Source of the DNA: Tubulanus polymorphus
Lineage: Eukaryota; Animalia; Nemertea
DNA: 64,000 nucleotides
Reading direction: 5' to 3'
NCBI RefSeq assembly: GCF_964204645.1
Contig: NC_134034.1
Span: forward strand, 12,164,962-12,228,961
Part shown: positions 27,371-41,434 of the stretch, piece after piece
Layout: the number at the start of each line of letters is the position of its first letter
Position numbering within the stretch: position 1 is the first letter of the stretch
The notes under the pieces: generated by a model
The model's input: only the letters and a program-made list of their open reading frames with translations
The model's database searches: none
What the model was told of the DNA's origin: nothing
Position numbers and translations under genes: made by a program

Positions 27371-29317
27371 ATTCCTAGAATCGACACTTGTTCATTTCGC
27401 TGCACTATTCGATAATGAAGTGAACGGTGAATTGGTTGCGAGTAGCTCTTAATGAGAATCCGCGGATAAAATCATTAATTACTGATGACTTCAGGTGCGC
27501 GCCAGATGCTCTCACATATCGAATAACGATTTCATAACAGTTGATTCTATTCAAAACCGAATCCAAGTTACTTAATACTCTGAACGTCTAAATTCCGCAG
27601 GGCAGTTGAGACTTTTGAATTGTAAACATTTCTCTGTATGTTCTGGGGACTTATTAGAAAAAAAACTTAAGAAATTTACTCCGAGTTTGAGCTAAGACGG
27701 AATGAAATTCCAAAGATCTTCCATTTTCTAGTAAAAATATATTTGTTCCCAAGACGGTTCTCTGGTAGCCTGTTTCGTTACAGCCATTGCAATAACTACG
27801 TAATGATCATTTATCGAAACCACGGACTCTAAAACGAATTTAGATTCCATGTCGGAACATTTAATTGGTTACGTATCAGAAATGAAAAAAAATAGTAATC
27901 ATTTACTTACCTTTTTCGTTATTCAAACTAAACCGTTGAAAAGCTTTGGTTGTGATCCCCGAGGATATATAGGCTCGTTAACCGATATAGGGGTTTGGAA
28001 GTATAGCGATAAGTGGATATTCTGTAGATCCGCTTTGTTTATACCGTTAAACTGTTGGACAAAACGGTTTTAATGTTAAGAAGTCCGCGTTTAGAAATGC
28101 CAATTTAGCCTCCGGGTGATTACAAGGCTTTTAAGTGTTCTACCGGCTCCTACTAATTGTTTATGAATCAGTAATACCAGCGAAATACAATCAGTACAAT
28201 CAGCGCGAACTACTGAATTCATTGCATTCAAACGAATCTGATTGTAGAGAGGATTGCGCTGCAATGTGTGACCTCAGGCGTCGGGGAACGCGGTCGTTTC
28301 TGAAACCGACCGACCGCGCGTCAGGTCAAGTTATCCGAACCGAATAAACTCCACTTCATCGCGCCATATTAACAAAACGTATTTTCTTAACGGAGAATTC
28401 TTCACAAGTACTTGAAATATTGCTTTCAGTAAGAGCTAGAATAATTGTTTCGAAGTTTGAATAGGACGTCCGTGCCTAGCTGTAAGAAATAACCGCCCGG
28501 AAAACGGCCAAGAGAGTCCAACAATAAGGGTGTCAATCATAGAGGTATTTAGAATGACAGATTTTCGTGTCAGAGTCAGATAGATGTAGATTAGAAAGGC
28601 AGAAGTATAAATCTACAAGGGATTAACGTTAGACAATAATCTGACGAATGAACTAATTCCTGCAATTCAGTCCTCGAGTCAATTTTAAAGCGAGATTGAT
28701 AAACATTGATGATGAAATACTCTCGAGTCCGTGTAACACGTTAAGAAAGAAAAGACGGTGCGAAATGTTTCCGCGCTTTACGACTATATCCTATAACAGT
28801 CGTTTTCGGGAAATGGGCAAAACCCACAGTAATGATAATTTAACAATTTGCTTTCTGAGAGTTTCAAAGACTAAACCTCGATATCAGAAGAAAAACGAAA
28901 AAATCATGGTATATACAGTTATCAATGACATAGATAATTGACTTTGAAATACTGAGATTGATCTCCATGAAAATCGGCAAAACTGAGTTGATGAAATAAC
29001 AGTTTATTTTGACAGTTTCGCAGTTTTGATTGAACTTCACCATCAGAAAAATCAGAATAACACGATAGTTATAATATACAGTGATTTGAAAAAGAGATTA
29101 TCATCTCTGAAATATACTGAGATTAATATCAGTCCACCAGTCAACTTCAGAAACACATTTCGGACTGTTTTCGGACTCCATTTTTGTTTTTTGTCGGTGG
29201 GGATTTTATATTATCCTCACAACACGGACTCAGAGTCTTTCATCAAAGGCTTTCGCGATCTCAGAGATTATTTTTTGTTTTGTAAGTTTTAAGCGAAACA
29301 GGATTTTAGTGGTCGCG

Positions 29318-29605
29318 GAGAGAAAGAGACAACGGAAGAGAGAGTGAGAGAGAGAGAAGTGGGAGGGAGGAAGAGGATAGATAGGAGAGAGAAGAGAGGG
29401 AGAGGGAGAGGGAGAGGGAGGGGGAGAGAGAGGGAGGAGCGAGAGATGAGAGAGAGGGACACGGGAGGAGAGGAATAAGGGAAGATGGAGAGAGAGACAG
29501 AGAGAGGGGGAGAGAGAGTGAAGGAGAGGGAGAGAGGAGGGAGAGAGAGGGGGAGAGAGGGGGAGAGGAGAGAAATAAGGGAAGAGGGAGAGAGATAGAC
29601 AAGAG
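29318..29605. repeat. GA-rich low-complexity tract
   Basis: Direct reading. Confidence 0.9.
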
Positions 29606-31064
29606 GTATGTAAAGCTTGGATCGAGAGATGTAAGAAGTACCGCGTGCGTTCAGTGCTGCATCAGAGTCGAATAAAATCAGCGGTATCAAAGCCGTTCAT
29701 TTCTCAACACGAATTCACCCCTTTTTAGGCTTATACCGAGAAAATCCTCGCCACGGTTTGAACATCACAAAAAGACCGTTTTTCGATTCGATCAAAGGTG
29801 GAATTATTTTTTTTTTGGCATTCACACACGCGTCGCGACGAGGGCGCTAGGGAGATAGGGGTTTATAGCCGGCGATATGAAAGCGGTTTATTATTCGAAC
29901 GCATCCAAAGACATCTGCGGCCTGGAGAATACAATATCTCCGGATTCATAATAAAAGAAAACTAGAAAAGCGTTCTGCGAGTCGCGAACTTCTGTAAGGA
30001 TTAATGATACAGCCAGTTCCCAACTCGAGAATAGGAAACTTCGGTTGAGACTCGGTTGAGATCATCCAACAATAAGTGACCACACAGAATAGTCTGAAGA
30101 AAAAAAACAGTCTGGACAGACATGAGACGTGAGTTTAATACCCATGAAGGCTATGCCATAGTTAAATCTAAAACCATAGCCAGAAAGCTATACAGACATA
30201 TCGTCAGTGCTGACGATGACCAGTTCGCTCGCAGGACTTCGATGGATCAGGTCATGTGTCACGAGCGCTTGTCTTACGGGACAGTATTCTCTATAGATAT
30301 CTTCTAATACGTTATCATTAGGTTTTTCTAGCACCATGTTGCAAGTTTTTAGCTTTTCTTAGAATCAGGACCAGATTTAACAGTGGCGCCCCCTGCTGGG
30401 GTTGCTCCCAATTAACACGTTGCTGATGATTCGCCATTTTTTTTGTTTCCGAAATCATCTTAGAAAGAGGGAAAGGGTGATGAGGGAGAAAAAGGGGTAG
30501 AGGAAGAGAGAGAGGGGGTAGGGCAAAAGCCATCACCACAATGCGTTTTGATAAAATACAATATTGCCTGATGGAAATCTGGGTGGAAACCTGGGTGGAA
30601 ACCTGGGTGGAAACCTGGGTGTGACTGCGTAAGCATCTGATACGGATGACCCGGTTGATACGAGGACGTCCTTACTGTCAAAGTCGTGTTGGAATGAAGC
30701 TAATTTGAACGCCGTAATTCGGATACGAAGCCACGTCTCACACGCCCGGTGATGATCATTTCATTCAATATGTTCGCGGATATAGACAGATAGATGACCG
30801 AGGTGTATCTAGCTTTAGCTCGCGCCGGATTGCGCTGTTATTTTGATAAGGTCATCACGATTCTGGTAACTCATTATCAACCAGACAATTCGACAGTCAT
30901 TATTAGCACGTTGTAATCTCTAAACGACATGTGTATCCGGCTGCATATAAAAGATACATCAAACTGATCTTTTATTCTGCATTTCAGTAACTACCTCCCT
31001 TTATGTGTTCTTTGTCTCTCCAAGCCGTGATATCGTAAACATCCCGATCTCTGGTAAAACATTA

Positions 31065-31432
31065 GCCAAATTGGCACGGATCAGGCTCGAGCCAAATTTG
31101 GCCCGTGCCTAATTAGAGAGCGCGTTTACACGTAAACCACTCACTCGATACTAAACAACGTATATTAAACTTACTATGCATCAAAGCGAGTTGCTACCGG
31201 AACCAGTTACAATTCAAACGGCCGTGCTAAAAATTGCGCATCTGGCACCCGTGCTGATAGTTCAAGCATGGATCCTTCGTTTTGGAGACCATGGTTCAAG
31301 GTAACATTTCTAAATGTCAGAAATGTTTTAACTTCACTTTAAGCAGTACGGGTGCCAAATGGGCAAATTTGGCCAGGCCCAAGCCAAATTTTAGCACGGG
31401 GCCCGATTGAATTGCAACTGGTTCCGGTAGTG
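31065..31432. mobile_element. Dispersed non-autonomous repeat (copy 2) with internal inverted repeat
   Basis: Homologous to 13065-13240; CTACCGGAACCAGTT.CAATTCAA…CCGTGCTAAAA (31195-31235) is inverted at 31385-31430. Confidence 0.6.
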
Positions 31433-32447
31433 ACTATCTATATAAAGTATATACGACTATTTTGTATAACCTGATCGCAAATCGTTATCGTAAATAATAT
31501 GTATCAATTTATCATTCGAAATAAATCACTGATTAAATCTGGGCAGCAGTAGTGAATGTTGTCGTGAATGTTGACAGTCTATTTAATTAATTTCACGCTG
31601 ACTCGCGCGTCTCCGGCGCAACGTGAATTCCACAATTAAACATCGATATAGCAGAAAATCCGATCATCATCGAGAACAAACAACAACTTCATAAATTCAA
31701 ATTAGTAAATGTATCCGTCGAAATTGAAAGAATTCGTCGCCGAAGGTTGCGTCGTTTTAAAAGGCCACCAGTGCGCTGTATATCGCAGACGACATAGTGA
31801 ATTAATATGCCCCCGGGGGGTCGCCGCGGCGCGTCGGGGTGATTTGTGACCCGATCCCGCTGCGAGCGCGCGCCGATAGATTTAATTGCGCGAGAAAGTT
31901 TTCGAATGATTTGTTTACATTTTGATTCAGTCGCAGACGCGGATAAAATTTGAAACTGAAAAATTTGTTTCAAGTTCAAACGTATAAATTACTTGGTCGA
32001 CGATGGATGAGTCTTTATAGTTAGAATCGATTGAAATGGAGGCCATTTTGAGTGATTTGAGAACAATCTCCGACTATAATGTTAAGTATTATCTTAAGTA
32101 AGGAATTTCTAGCGCCGTTCATTCATTTTTTGTTGAAAAAAAGTTAATTTATCCACAAAAAATGTTTAAGCAAGGAACACGGATTTGTGATAATACCGCG
32201 GAACTAGCATCCACGAGGTCCAAGCTCGACACGTTGGCCACTCGACATAACCCTATAGCTACCAGAGTGTCGACTACTCCAGTTCAGAAAATCTTAAAAT
32301 CTGTCCAACTACGCGAGACCTGTGGAACCGCCCCAAAATGGCGCCTTTGTAACTGGAAACTTCCCTATTAAGAGAATTTAACTATTGGCCCTAGATACAA
32401 CATATGCAAAATAACGATAACCATCACACTCAAACGTGGTGAACGGA

Positions 32448-32708
32448 TAATAAGATAAAAACCCAGTATCTACAGATTAAAAGAATTTAAAAACAAGAAT
32501 CTATTTATTCAATCTAAAAATATATAGAATACACGACGTTTCGATCTCACCCTAGAGATCATCGTCCATTGATCGACCCTTTCACACCTTTGACGATGAT
32601 CTCTACGGTGAGATCGAAACGTCGTGTATTCTATATATTTTAGATTGAATAAATAAATTCTTGTTTTTAAATTCTTTAATCTGTAGATAGTGGATTTTTA
32701 TCTTATTA
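32448..32708. mobile_element. Near-perfect inverted repeat (~118-bp arms) resembling Penelope-like element terminal remnants
   Basis: Arms 32448-32566 and 32592-32708; each carries GACGA-T-GATCTC(loop)GAGATC-GAAACGTC followed by AATAAA, like the minimal hammerhead/pLTR end of Penelope-like elements. Confidence 0.55.
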
Positions 32709-33229
32709 ACTCTGGTAATTTCGCGGCAGTTCGTGTTCGGGTCTGCCATTGTCGCCTATGGCTTGTCTGAACTATTGATAGACTGTTTCGGGGGCGATTG
32801 ATCGATATTCGACCCTCATAGACAATATTTCCTCCAGAATTACCAAATGTCCTTCGAGTAAGAATGACGTAAGTCAATATGATTAATCAGCAACAAGAAT
32901 TCGGAGAAATTTGTCCGCCGTCGTCATAGAACGGCAGCAGACGATATAGAAGATAATGCCGATATACCGCATTATTCGTCCCTAAGGGCGGGGTTAATTT
33001 GACTGGATTTAAACTGAATGGCGATCAAATTTCCATCTACCGTGGATTATCTCTTCAATCGATCTAAACCGAACAGTGACGGGGCGACGCGTGACGGCAT
33101 TTCCGTTTGGGGGGATCTTCTTCCTCAATCTGTCGCAGCTGTATAGAATCCTTCGAGGCAGTGTTTTGGGATTTCGAAAACGATTGGAACTTTCTTTATT
33201 TGGTTACGATACCGATTTGGTTTCCATCC

Positions 33230-33535
33230 CAATCTCCCCCTTCTCTCCTTCCTCCTTACAACATCCCTATACCCTCCCCCATTGATCGACCCTTTCCCAC
33301 CTTTCTCTCTCTCCCCTCTTCCTAGCCCTTCTCCATTCTCTCCATCCTCTCACTCTCTCTCTCTACCCTCACTCTTTCTCTCCCTCCTCTCACTCTCTCT
33401 ACCCTCACTCTTTCTCTCCCTCCTCTCACTCTCTCTCTCTCTCTTTCCCTCACTCTCTCTGCCTCTCTCTACCTCTCTCTCTCCCCTCACTCTCTCTACC
33501 TCTCTCTCTCACTCTCCCCTCACTTTCTCTAACCT
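33230..33535. repeat. CT-rich low-complexity tract
   Basis: Direct reading. Confidence 0.9.
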
Positions 33536-33694
33536 CTTGTGTTGTGTTGGTCGCGCTACCGCGATGGAGATGAATGTATTCAGGATTTCATTAACGACGT
33601 CGTTTATTTACGTCCGTGATTTATCATTCGACAAATCCTGATTTGTCAAAAATCCAATCGAGTGCGAGCCGTCTGCGAGTAACAAACAACCAAC

Positions 33695-34205
33695 GCACAC
33701 GAGCAGCTCATAGACCACATTAAACCCGCACACGAGCAGCTCATAGACCACATCAAACCCGCACACGAGCAGCTCATAGACCACATAAAACCTGCACACG
33801 AGCAGCTCATAGACCACATAAAACCCGCACACGAGTAGCTCATAGACCGCATTAAACCCGCACACGAGGAGCTCATAGACCACATCAAACCCGCACACGA
33901 GCAGCTCATAGACCGCATTAAACCCGCACACGAGCAGCTCATAGACCACATCAAACCCGCACACGAGCAGCTCATAGACCGCATTAAACCCGCACACGAG
34001 CAGCTCATAGACCACATCAAACCCGCACACGAGCAGCTCATAGACAACATTAAAACCGCACACGAGCAGCTCATAGACCACATAAAACCCGCACACGAGC
34101 AGCTCATAGACCACATCAAACCCGCACACGAGCAGCTCATAGACCACATTAAACCCACACACGAGGAGTTCACAGTCAACCGGGCACGAGCAGCTCATGG
34201 ACCAC
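33695..34205. repeat. 33-bp minisatellite, ~15 copies
   Basis: GCACACGAGCAGCTCATAGACCACATCAAACCC; explains the periodic 11-aa ORFs. Confidence 0.95.
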
Positions 34206-34804
34206 CGCACACTTCAATTCCAACCCGGCAGATTTATCTATTTCGTTTAGCTATTTCCAAATCTCGATACATCAATGTAGGCAGCGAACAATAATTATCA
34301 CCCAATCAGTCGCTTTGCTAGATGGAAGATTGTTTATGAGGGAAACTATTCTTTGTTCTAAGACAAAAAAAGGACAAACCAAATCCTATATAGTAATTTT
34401 CATGAACGAATCACTAATGCGGGTTTAGTACGAGCTTCGTCATCTAAACACCGCGAAAGTCAAACGATAAAAATTGCCGATCAGATTTCTAAAGAATTCC
34501 TCGAACGAGCGATCATCTCCAACCGCTGAACGCCAGAGATTGTGGCAATTAATTATGAAATTTGACACCGAATGTTTTCACTTTGACAAATAATCATCTG
34601 CGGCGTGATTTGAAAGGCGATTCCGCGGTGTGGTTTCAACTAACAGCGACTGTTGTATTGTAGTAGCAATAACATCCAGTTAGAAATAATACCTGCTCAA
34701 TAAACATCGCGGGGTCGTGTGGTAAAAGTGCGCGATTTCTTCATTGCGCATGATTTTCCATACAGATTCTCTACAGATTTTCTATATATTTATATATATA
34801 TATA

Positions 34805-35250
34805 TTCCTCCAAAGCAGGGATTCGAACCTGATGGCGTCGTGGGACTCGGCTAGTTCCGCTGAAGCACGGGTTCGAATCTGATGGTATTGTGAGACTATA
34901 CCATCAAATTCCTCCCAAGCAGGGATTCGAACCTGATGGCGTAGTGGGACTCGGCTAGTTCCGCTGAAGCACGGGTTCGAATCTGATGGTATTGTGAGAC
35001 TATACCATCAAATTCCTCCCAAGCAGGGATTCGAACCTGATGGCGTCGTTGGACTCGGCTAGTTCCGCTGAAGCACGGGTTCGAACCTGATGGTATTGTG
35101 AGACTATACCATCAAATTCCTCCCAAGCAGAGATTCGAACCTGATGGCATCGAGACTATATCATTAGATTCCCCCTAAGCAGAGATTGAAATCTGACAGA
35201 TCATTAGACTCTACCAAGTTCCTCCCGAGCAGATATTCGAACCTGATGGC
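34805..35250. repeat. 104-bp tandem repeat made of two related sub-units with GTTCGAA cores
   Basis: AGGGATTCGAACCTGATGG at 34817, 34921, 35025 (period 104). Confidence 0.9.
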
Positions 35251-38200
35251 ATCCAATTTCTCAAGTTTAAGTCAAACGAAACCGACGTTTACAGGCGATA
35301 CAAGTTACAACATCTCATATACACAAACTCAGAACTACAGTGCAAGTGAAACGGATACAGTTCCCGTTACGAAAGACCTTGGAAGAGAAAAAGATCCTAA
35401 AAATACAATCTGCTGTAAGAAACAATGAGGAACTACTGTAGCGACCGTAAAGATAGGTTTATATCATAGTCGTGTTGCGTGTAGTTGTGTGAGCTCGTCA
35501 GAGATATCTTTCCGTTTCAACAGAGAATTTTCAACATAAATAAATGTTACAATGAAACTGGCGATCAGTAAACGTCAGGCGGCGGCCTCCACGAGTAATT
35601 ACTCAACCTGTATACGATACGCCAAATACTATCTATTATACTCGATTTGAATATATGTTTTTGAACAGTAATACTGTCCTACTCGGGACCGCAAAAACAT
35701 AGGGTAAAAAAGGCCGGGATAATCTTTAAAAATCTGTGAACGAATGTGGACTTTTTAAAGCTTGCTCGGTGTCAATCTCCGTATTGTGAATCAAGTATTC
35801 TATGTAGGCCTATTTTGTTATTAATAAAAAATTTTGTGGAGAAAATAAACAATATCATTTCATATCATCAGTGAATTTAACAGGAAGTAAACAGTTCCGC
35901 TCACAGTGGCGCCGCCCTGGTGAGATATTAACTGAGACGGCCCATCGGTCCGAGGTAAGCCAATTCTGAGATAAGGATATGAAAACACTTTAGGCACTTT
36001 TCGAACTTGGATATACAGTATAGGTGTGGAATACAGCGACACGTTGCTTCACTCGGACCGGCAAAATTCATACGTTACGATGTTACATTGTAACATCGTA
36101 ATGAAAATAAATTTCAATTTCAATACGAAAGGATCGGAAAGATTGATGATAATTTCGTTCTTACACGAGTTAGTCAAATTCCGAGTTTTACTAAATCCTG
36201 TCTTCGGGGAAGATTCTCACCGGTTTTCGCTCGGTAGAAAACTTGTCGTTCGAATAAAGCTCGAATTGAACTAATTTCAACAAAACCCCGCCGAATTTCC
36301 GATTTATTGCCCTCTAGGGACCTAGATTTTTAATAAAATTGGACTCATTCTCAATTCTTACAACTGAAACGAAAAGAAAGAACAACTTGATCCTACAATG
36401 CGCGTAATTCTTTATAAGCGAATTAACGAACGAAACGTGATATTTGTTGGCGATATTTGACGAGATTTGACGAGATATGACGGCGTTATCGATTGACAGA
36501 CAGCGGCGGGGAACATGATAAAACAAAACGACCCGGATGACTCGAACTACAGTTATCACCACCACCAGCAGACGACAGAGAGAGAGAGAGAGAGAGCGCG
36601 CGACGACGAATCAGCGAAAATGAAGCCAATTTGACAGTAACAGGAGGAACAGTCACGTTAAACACCTTCGAAAGGTCATAACAGCGAACACAGCCTAATT
36701 CACCAAGGTTCTCCCGTCGTATATATATATATATATATATATACATATCATATTCTCATTAATCTGAATCATTTGTTTGCGTCTTTTTGTTATTTTGTAG
36801 GGAAAGGACATCTTTACTATGAAGGGGCCCGGCCTCCATCGGGATCAGGCTATCCTTGTAGGTCTCCATGGGCACCGGACATCTTCAGACCAGGCCTCCA
36901 TGGTCACAGGAGGGTCGGGTCTCCACGGGTACACGATTCTATCTAGTGGTATATCCATCTATCGCCAATTACTGCGCGTGACGTCACACGAAGGATGGGC
37001 CATTTTTGCGGAAGGATTCAACGCTAATGCCTACGACAGAAAACACTCTATTTCATACGGACGAAGCCATGTCGATTTTTATAATAAATTAGTCCCATTA
37101 GCGGCAGTCAGGATTTATGCGAAAACGTTAATCGTAACCTCTCAAAACTCACAAAGATCATCAATCAGTAAAAGAGCAAACAGATTTCTAATCGGTGCCC
37201 GAAACGACGCTCTATCTTTCAATTCGTGTTTTCGCCGTATGGAATGACTTGAGATTATCGTGTTTAGATTGAGAGCGATAATAATGATAATTCCCTCCCT
37301 CTCCCTCTCCCTCTCCCTTTCTCCCTCTCCCTCTCTCTATCCATCTGCAGTTGAATATCGAGATGTTTTTAATGATGAAATCTTTCTGTCACGGCGATGT
37401 ATATCTCCAGTTGGTCTCGATGTGATGCTTAGTTTCCCGATTCCGCAAAAAAGGTCTCAACAGGATTTTGCATTATTGAATGACGCAAAAACCTATAATC
37501 GTGCTGAACTCGTTCGTGTTGCATCACGTTATACATGGATGATATTTCCAGACGCTGTAAAGTGATGCTAAATCTCTAAAGATAAGAATAAATATATGGA
37601 TACTATAATTTCGGTTCCACAATTCTGAGTTAAGATTTGGCTCTGGGTTAACTCACTGAAAATGCACCAATTTTAACTCAGAGTTAACTCTAACTCACAA
37701 CTGTGGAACTGGATTCTGGTCAACCTTTTTCGAAATTTGGATACAATTTTCATATTTCTATTCTTTGAAAAATAAAAAGAATCCTTAACATAAGAATTGA
37801 TAAGATCGAATAATAATGAGACGTTGTTTGAAATTAGGTTATCGATGATATAATCATATTTAAGATCAGCCCTTTTTCACGAGGAAAGTGGCACCCGATC
37901 ACGGTGAAAAAGTGCCGTCTTTCTTGAAATAGAACTAGCCCCTCGGAAAAGCTCGACACGGCCCTGAAAACTGTGGAACTGAGTTCAGATTTTCAGTCCC
38001 GGTTCCTTGAAGCCGGACTGTAAGTAGTTGATTTATGAATTGTAGGTTGTTGTAGCCTTGTTTCACTCTCCCGGCGCTGATGTCACACGCGATAGTAATG
38101 CGCGATACAGCAGCAGTTCCTTAACCGAATGACAAATGGCAATTTGACGTGACATAACCAATATGACATCGGGCCAAAGTTGATAATATATTCAATCTCT

Positions 38201-38264
38201 CGTCTGACCACAACAGCAAAATCGATCACAGAAAATATCATTGATAAGATTCGCGTGTTCGTAA

Positions 38265-38655
38265 GGAGAGGGGGAGCCAGGAGAGGGAGACCCGAGATAA
38301 GGAGAGGGAGAGCCAGGAGAGGGAGAGGGGAACCATGCGAGGGAGAGCGAGGAGAGGGGTAGATCCAGAAGTGGGAGAGCCAGATGAGGGAGAGCCAGGA
38401 GAGGGATAGCCATGAGAGAGGAGGTGAGAGAAAGCCATGGAAAGGGAGAGGGAGGCCCAGGTTAGGGAGAGGGAGAGCCATCAGAGGGAAATCCAGGACA
38501 AGGAGGGAGGAGGGACAGGGAGGGGAAGGGAAAGGCAGAGCAAGGAGAGAGAGAGAGAGGGAGAGCCAGGCATGGAAGAAGGAGAGAGGGAGTGGGGAGA
38601 GAGGGAGGGAAATGGAAATGGAAAGGGGGAGCCAGGGGAGGGAGAGGGAGAGTGA
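38265..38655. repeat. GA-rich degenerate repeat (GGAGAGCCA motifs)
   Basis: Direct reading. Confidence 0.85.
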
Positions 38656-39579
38656 CCTTGTACACAACACACACACATCTACAAAAACCAATCAACGAAT
38701 TAATGAAATGAATGTTGTTTCGTGCATCAAGATTTGAACCGACAAATAAATCTTCTCACACTCCTCGCGGGATCCGCCATATCGATGATCAGATTATATT
38801 GTAGATTATGTTGTTGTGGTATACGGGAAGTTTAAGCCCGAGGAGCACGCCACGCAGTATATTAACAACTCGCTCTATACGGTTAGAGCTAGTTCTCCGC
38901 GGAGGACGGCAGGTTTTCAGGTAATTGCGGCCATTTGGAGATAATCGCACCCGGGAAATGTTGATGTAGTTTGTATTTAAATGAATACGTGTAACACGAA
39001 CTGACGGCCCGTGACTCTTTTGACATTTTTATATTCTGACCACTGCGGAAGTTTCATATAGATACAAGCAGCAAATCGAGATTAATTCCAAAATTAGGTC
39101 CTCTGAAATTTGAATTTCCGGTGAAAGATTGAGACAGGAAATCCTGAGAAAACTAAGAAGTCTTCATCGCCTCAAAGCTATATTATATACAACGAAGTCA
39201 ACATTAAATATTGTCTAATGTCCGTCTATAAAGTCTATGGATTGAAAATCGATGTTTTAGGTTAGCTGCCTATCTATGCTGGTCCTGTTAAGACCTGTGT
39301 GAGGTATTACTGAAACTGACTGAGTAAGGCTTGCCGATGTCCTCTCGTGGAAAATTGAAATCGACATCAGTATTGTCAGCGGAATAGATCATCGAACTTC
39401 GTCGCACCCGTTCCGCTGGCCCTGGGCCCGATTCCGCGTCGAGACTTAAGTCCAAAAGGGATCTTAAATCTTAAGACTAAGTCTTAGCTTGTTCGATTGG
39501 CTATATATCTTAGTTGGTCTTAGACTGGTCTTAAGTCTATGCCGGTCCGGTCTCTGGTATATAGGCTTAGCTTAAAAGT

Positions 39580-39631
<52 letters not shown>

Positions 39632-40094
39632 AGAATTCAAAATTGCAGAGAAAAAATATGAATTCTCGATGGGAAAAGAATGAAGACATTTTTAAGTGAC
39701 AACTACGAGAAAAAAAACACTTTCTATATGATTTTCGCCGACGTTAATTCCACTAGAAGTACAAATATACATATTTAGATATGTGCGCGGCGGCGGCAGC
39801 GGCGGCGAATGACGGACGGCGACGCGAGTGTTGTTGGTCAAAACCGGCTGGTAAATGACCATCGGAATATTGATGTTTAGTGTCGAGTGATATCGGCGAC
39901 AAAAATCGGATTATACATAAACGAGTTATAAGCGTGTTTGCATCTCATGAATAAAAGAATTTCATGTGCGTCTCGACTCGACGACAAGTAGGACTACACA
40001 ACACGTAAACCAGCGCTGCACCAGCGCTACAAGTATCCAGAAACTGTCGCAGTGGTAACAGCGCAATAATATCGCTCAGCTGACCAGTCGAACA

Positions 40095-40410
40095 GAGGGG
40101 GAGAGAGGGGGAAGGGGGTGGGGGGAGGTAAAGGGAAGGGATATGAGAGACAGGGAGAGAGTTTGGGGGGTGGAAGAGAGGGAGGCAAGGGAGATCTAGG
40201 ATAGAGGAGGGAGAGAGGGGTGTATATGTCGGTGGAAGGGGAGAGGGATTGGGATATGAGAGGCAGGGAGAGAGTTAGAGGGGTTGAAGAGAGGGAGGCA
40301 AAGGAGATCTAGGATAGAGGAGAGAGAGAGGGGTATATGTATGGGTGGAAGGGGAGAGGGAAGGGATATGAGAGGCAGGGGGAGAGTTTGAGGGATGGGA
40401 AAGAGGCAAG
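40095..40410. repeat. G/A-rich ~115-bp duplicated tract
   Basis: GGGATATGAGAG.CAGGGAGAGAGTT recurs three times. Confidence 0.75.
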
Positions 40411-40959
40411 CTATAAAAATTCATATGAAAATTGTTTAATAGTTTAATGCTGCAGTTGATGGATGCAGTATAGATTTTATCATTTTACGCACTAAAATGA
40501 GTAAATTTACTTAAGAAATTAATTCAATCTGATCATCGCTATATTAAACACAGCTCATCCCTCTCTCCTCCCCCTCTCGCTCTCTTTCTCTATCTCTTAC
40601 TCGGTAGTTATTCAATTTAAACCGGTGAGATGCAAAATTTAATTTCATTAGAGCCGTATTACGGTGACACGAGCATTGAGGCGCGAAATACCGCCGCCGG
40701 GGACGCGTGGAGAAATCCAGCTTATACCGCCGCACTCTCTCTCTCTCTTTCCCTCTCTCTCTCTGTCTCTATCTTACTCTGCTCTCTTTCTCCGAGAAAC
40801 AATTATTTATTGAGTTTTTGTCTGCTTCCAGATGAAATGACCGGTAGGAAACGACTGTTCGCTAGAATAACCCGCATCGTATAGTCTACTGGAATGCGTG
40901 ACTGATTCATCCACGTTACGGATAGATAACTCGCTCTACCAACCGCCGCCACCGCTTAC

Positions 40960-41434
40960 TGAGGGAGAGGCAGAGGGAGAGGCAGAGGCAGAGGAAGAGG
41001 CAGAGGGAGAGGCAGAGGCAGAGGCAGAGGCAGAGGCAGAGGCAGAGGCAGAGGCAGAGGCAGAGGCAGAGGCAGAGGGAGAGGGAGAGGGAGAGGGAGA
41101 GGGAGAGGGAGAGGGAGAGGGAGAGGGAGAGGGAGAGGGAGAGGCAGTGGGAAATGTAGAGGGAGAGGGAGAGGCAGAGGGAGAGGCAGAGGCAGAGGCA
41201 GAGGCAGAGGCAGAGGCAGAGGCAGAGGCAGAGGCAGAGGGGAGACGAAGAGGGAGAGGCAGAGGCAAGAGGGGAGACGAAGAGGGAGAGGCAGAGGCAA
41301 GGGCAGAGGCAGAGGCAGAGGCAGAGGCAGAGGCAGAGGCAGAGGCAGAGGCAGAGGCAGAGGCAGAGGCAGAGGCAGAGGCAGAGGCAGAGGCAGAGGC
41401 AGAGGCAGAGGCAGAGGCAGAGGCAGAGGCAGAG
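40960..41434. repeat. (GAGGCA/GAGGGA)n hexanucleotide repeat
   Basis: Direct reading; explains the EA/EG ORF. Confidence 0.95.

Noticed and set aside
30460-30681. Minus-strand ORF with HPGF repeats
   Set aside because: Driven by a 12-bp mini-repeat and a CT-rich tail; no convincing splice sites or homology
33608-34210. 200-aa and 177-aa Cys-rich periodic ORFs
   Set aside because: Translation of a 33-bp minisatellite; no splice or start context
36801-36950. Possible exon after TTTTGTAG acceptor
   Set aside because: No recognisable protein in any frame; degenerate GG(C/T)CTCCA repeats; no clear donor
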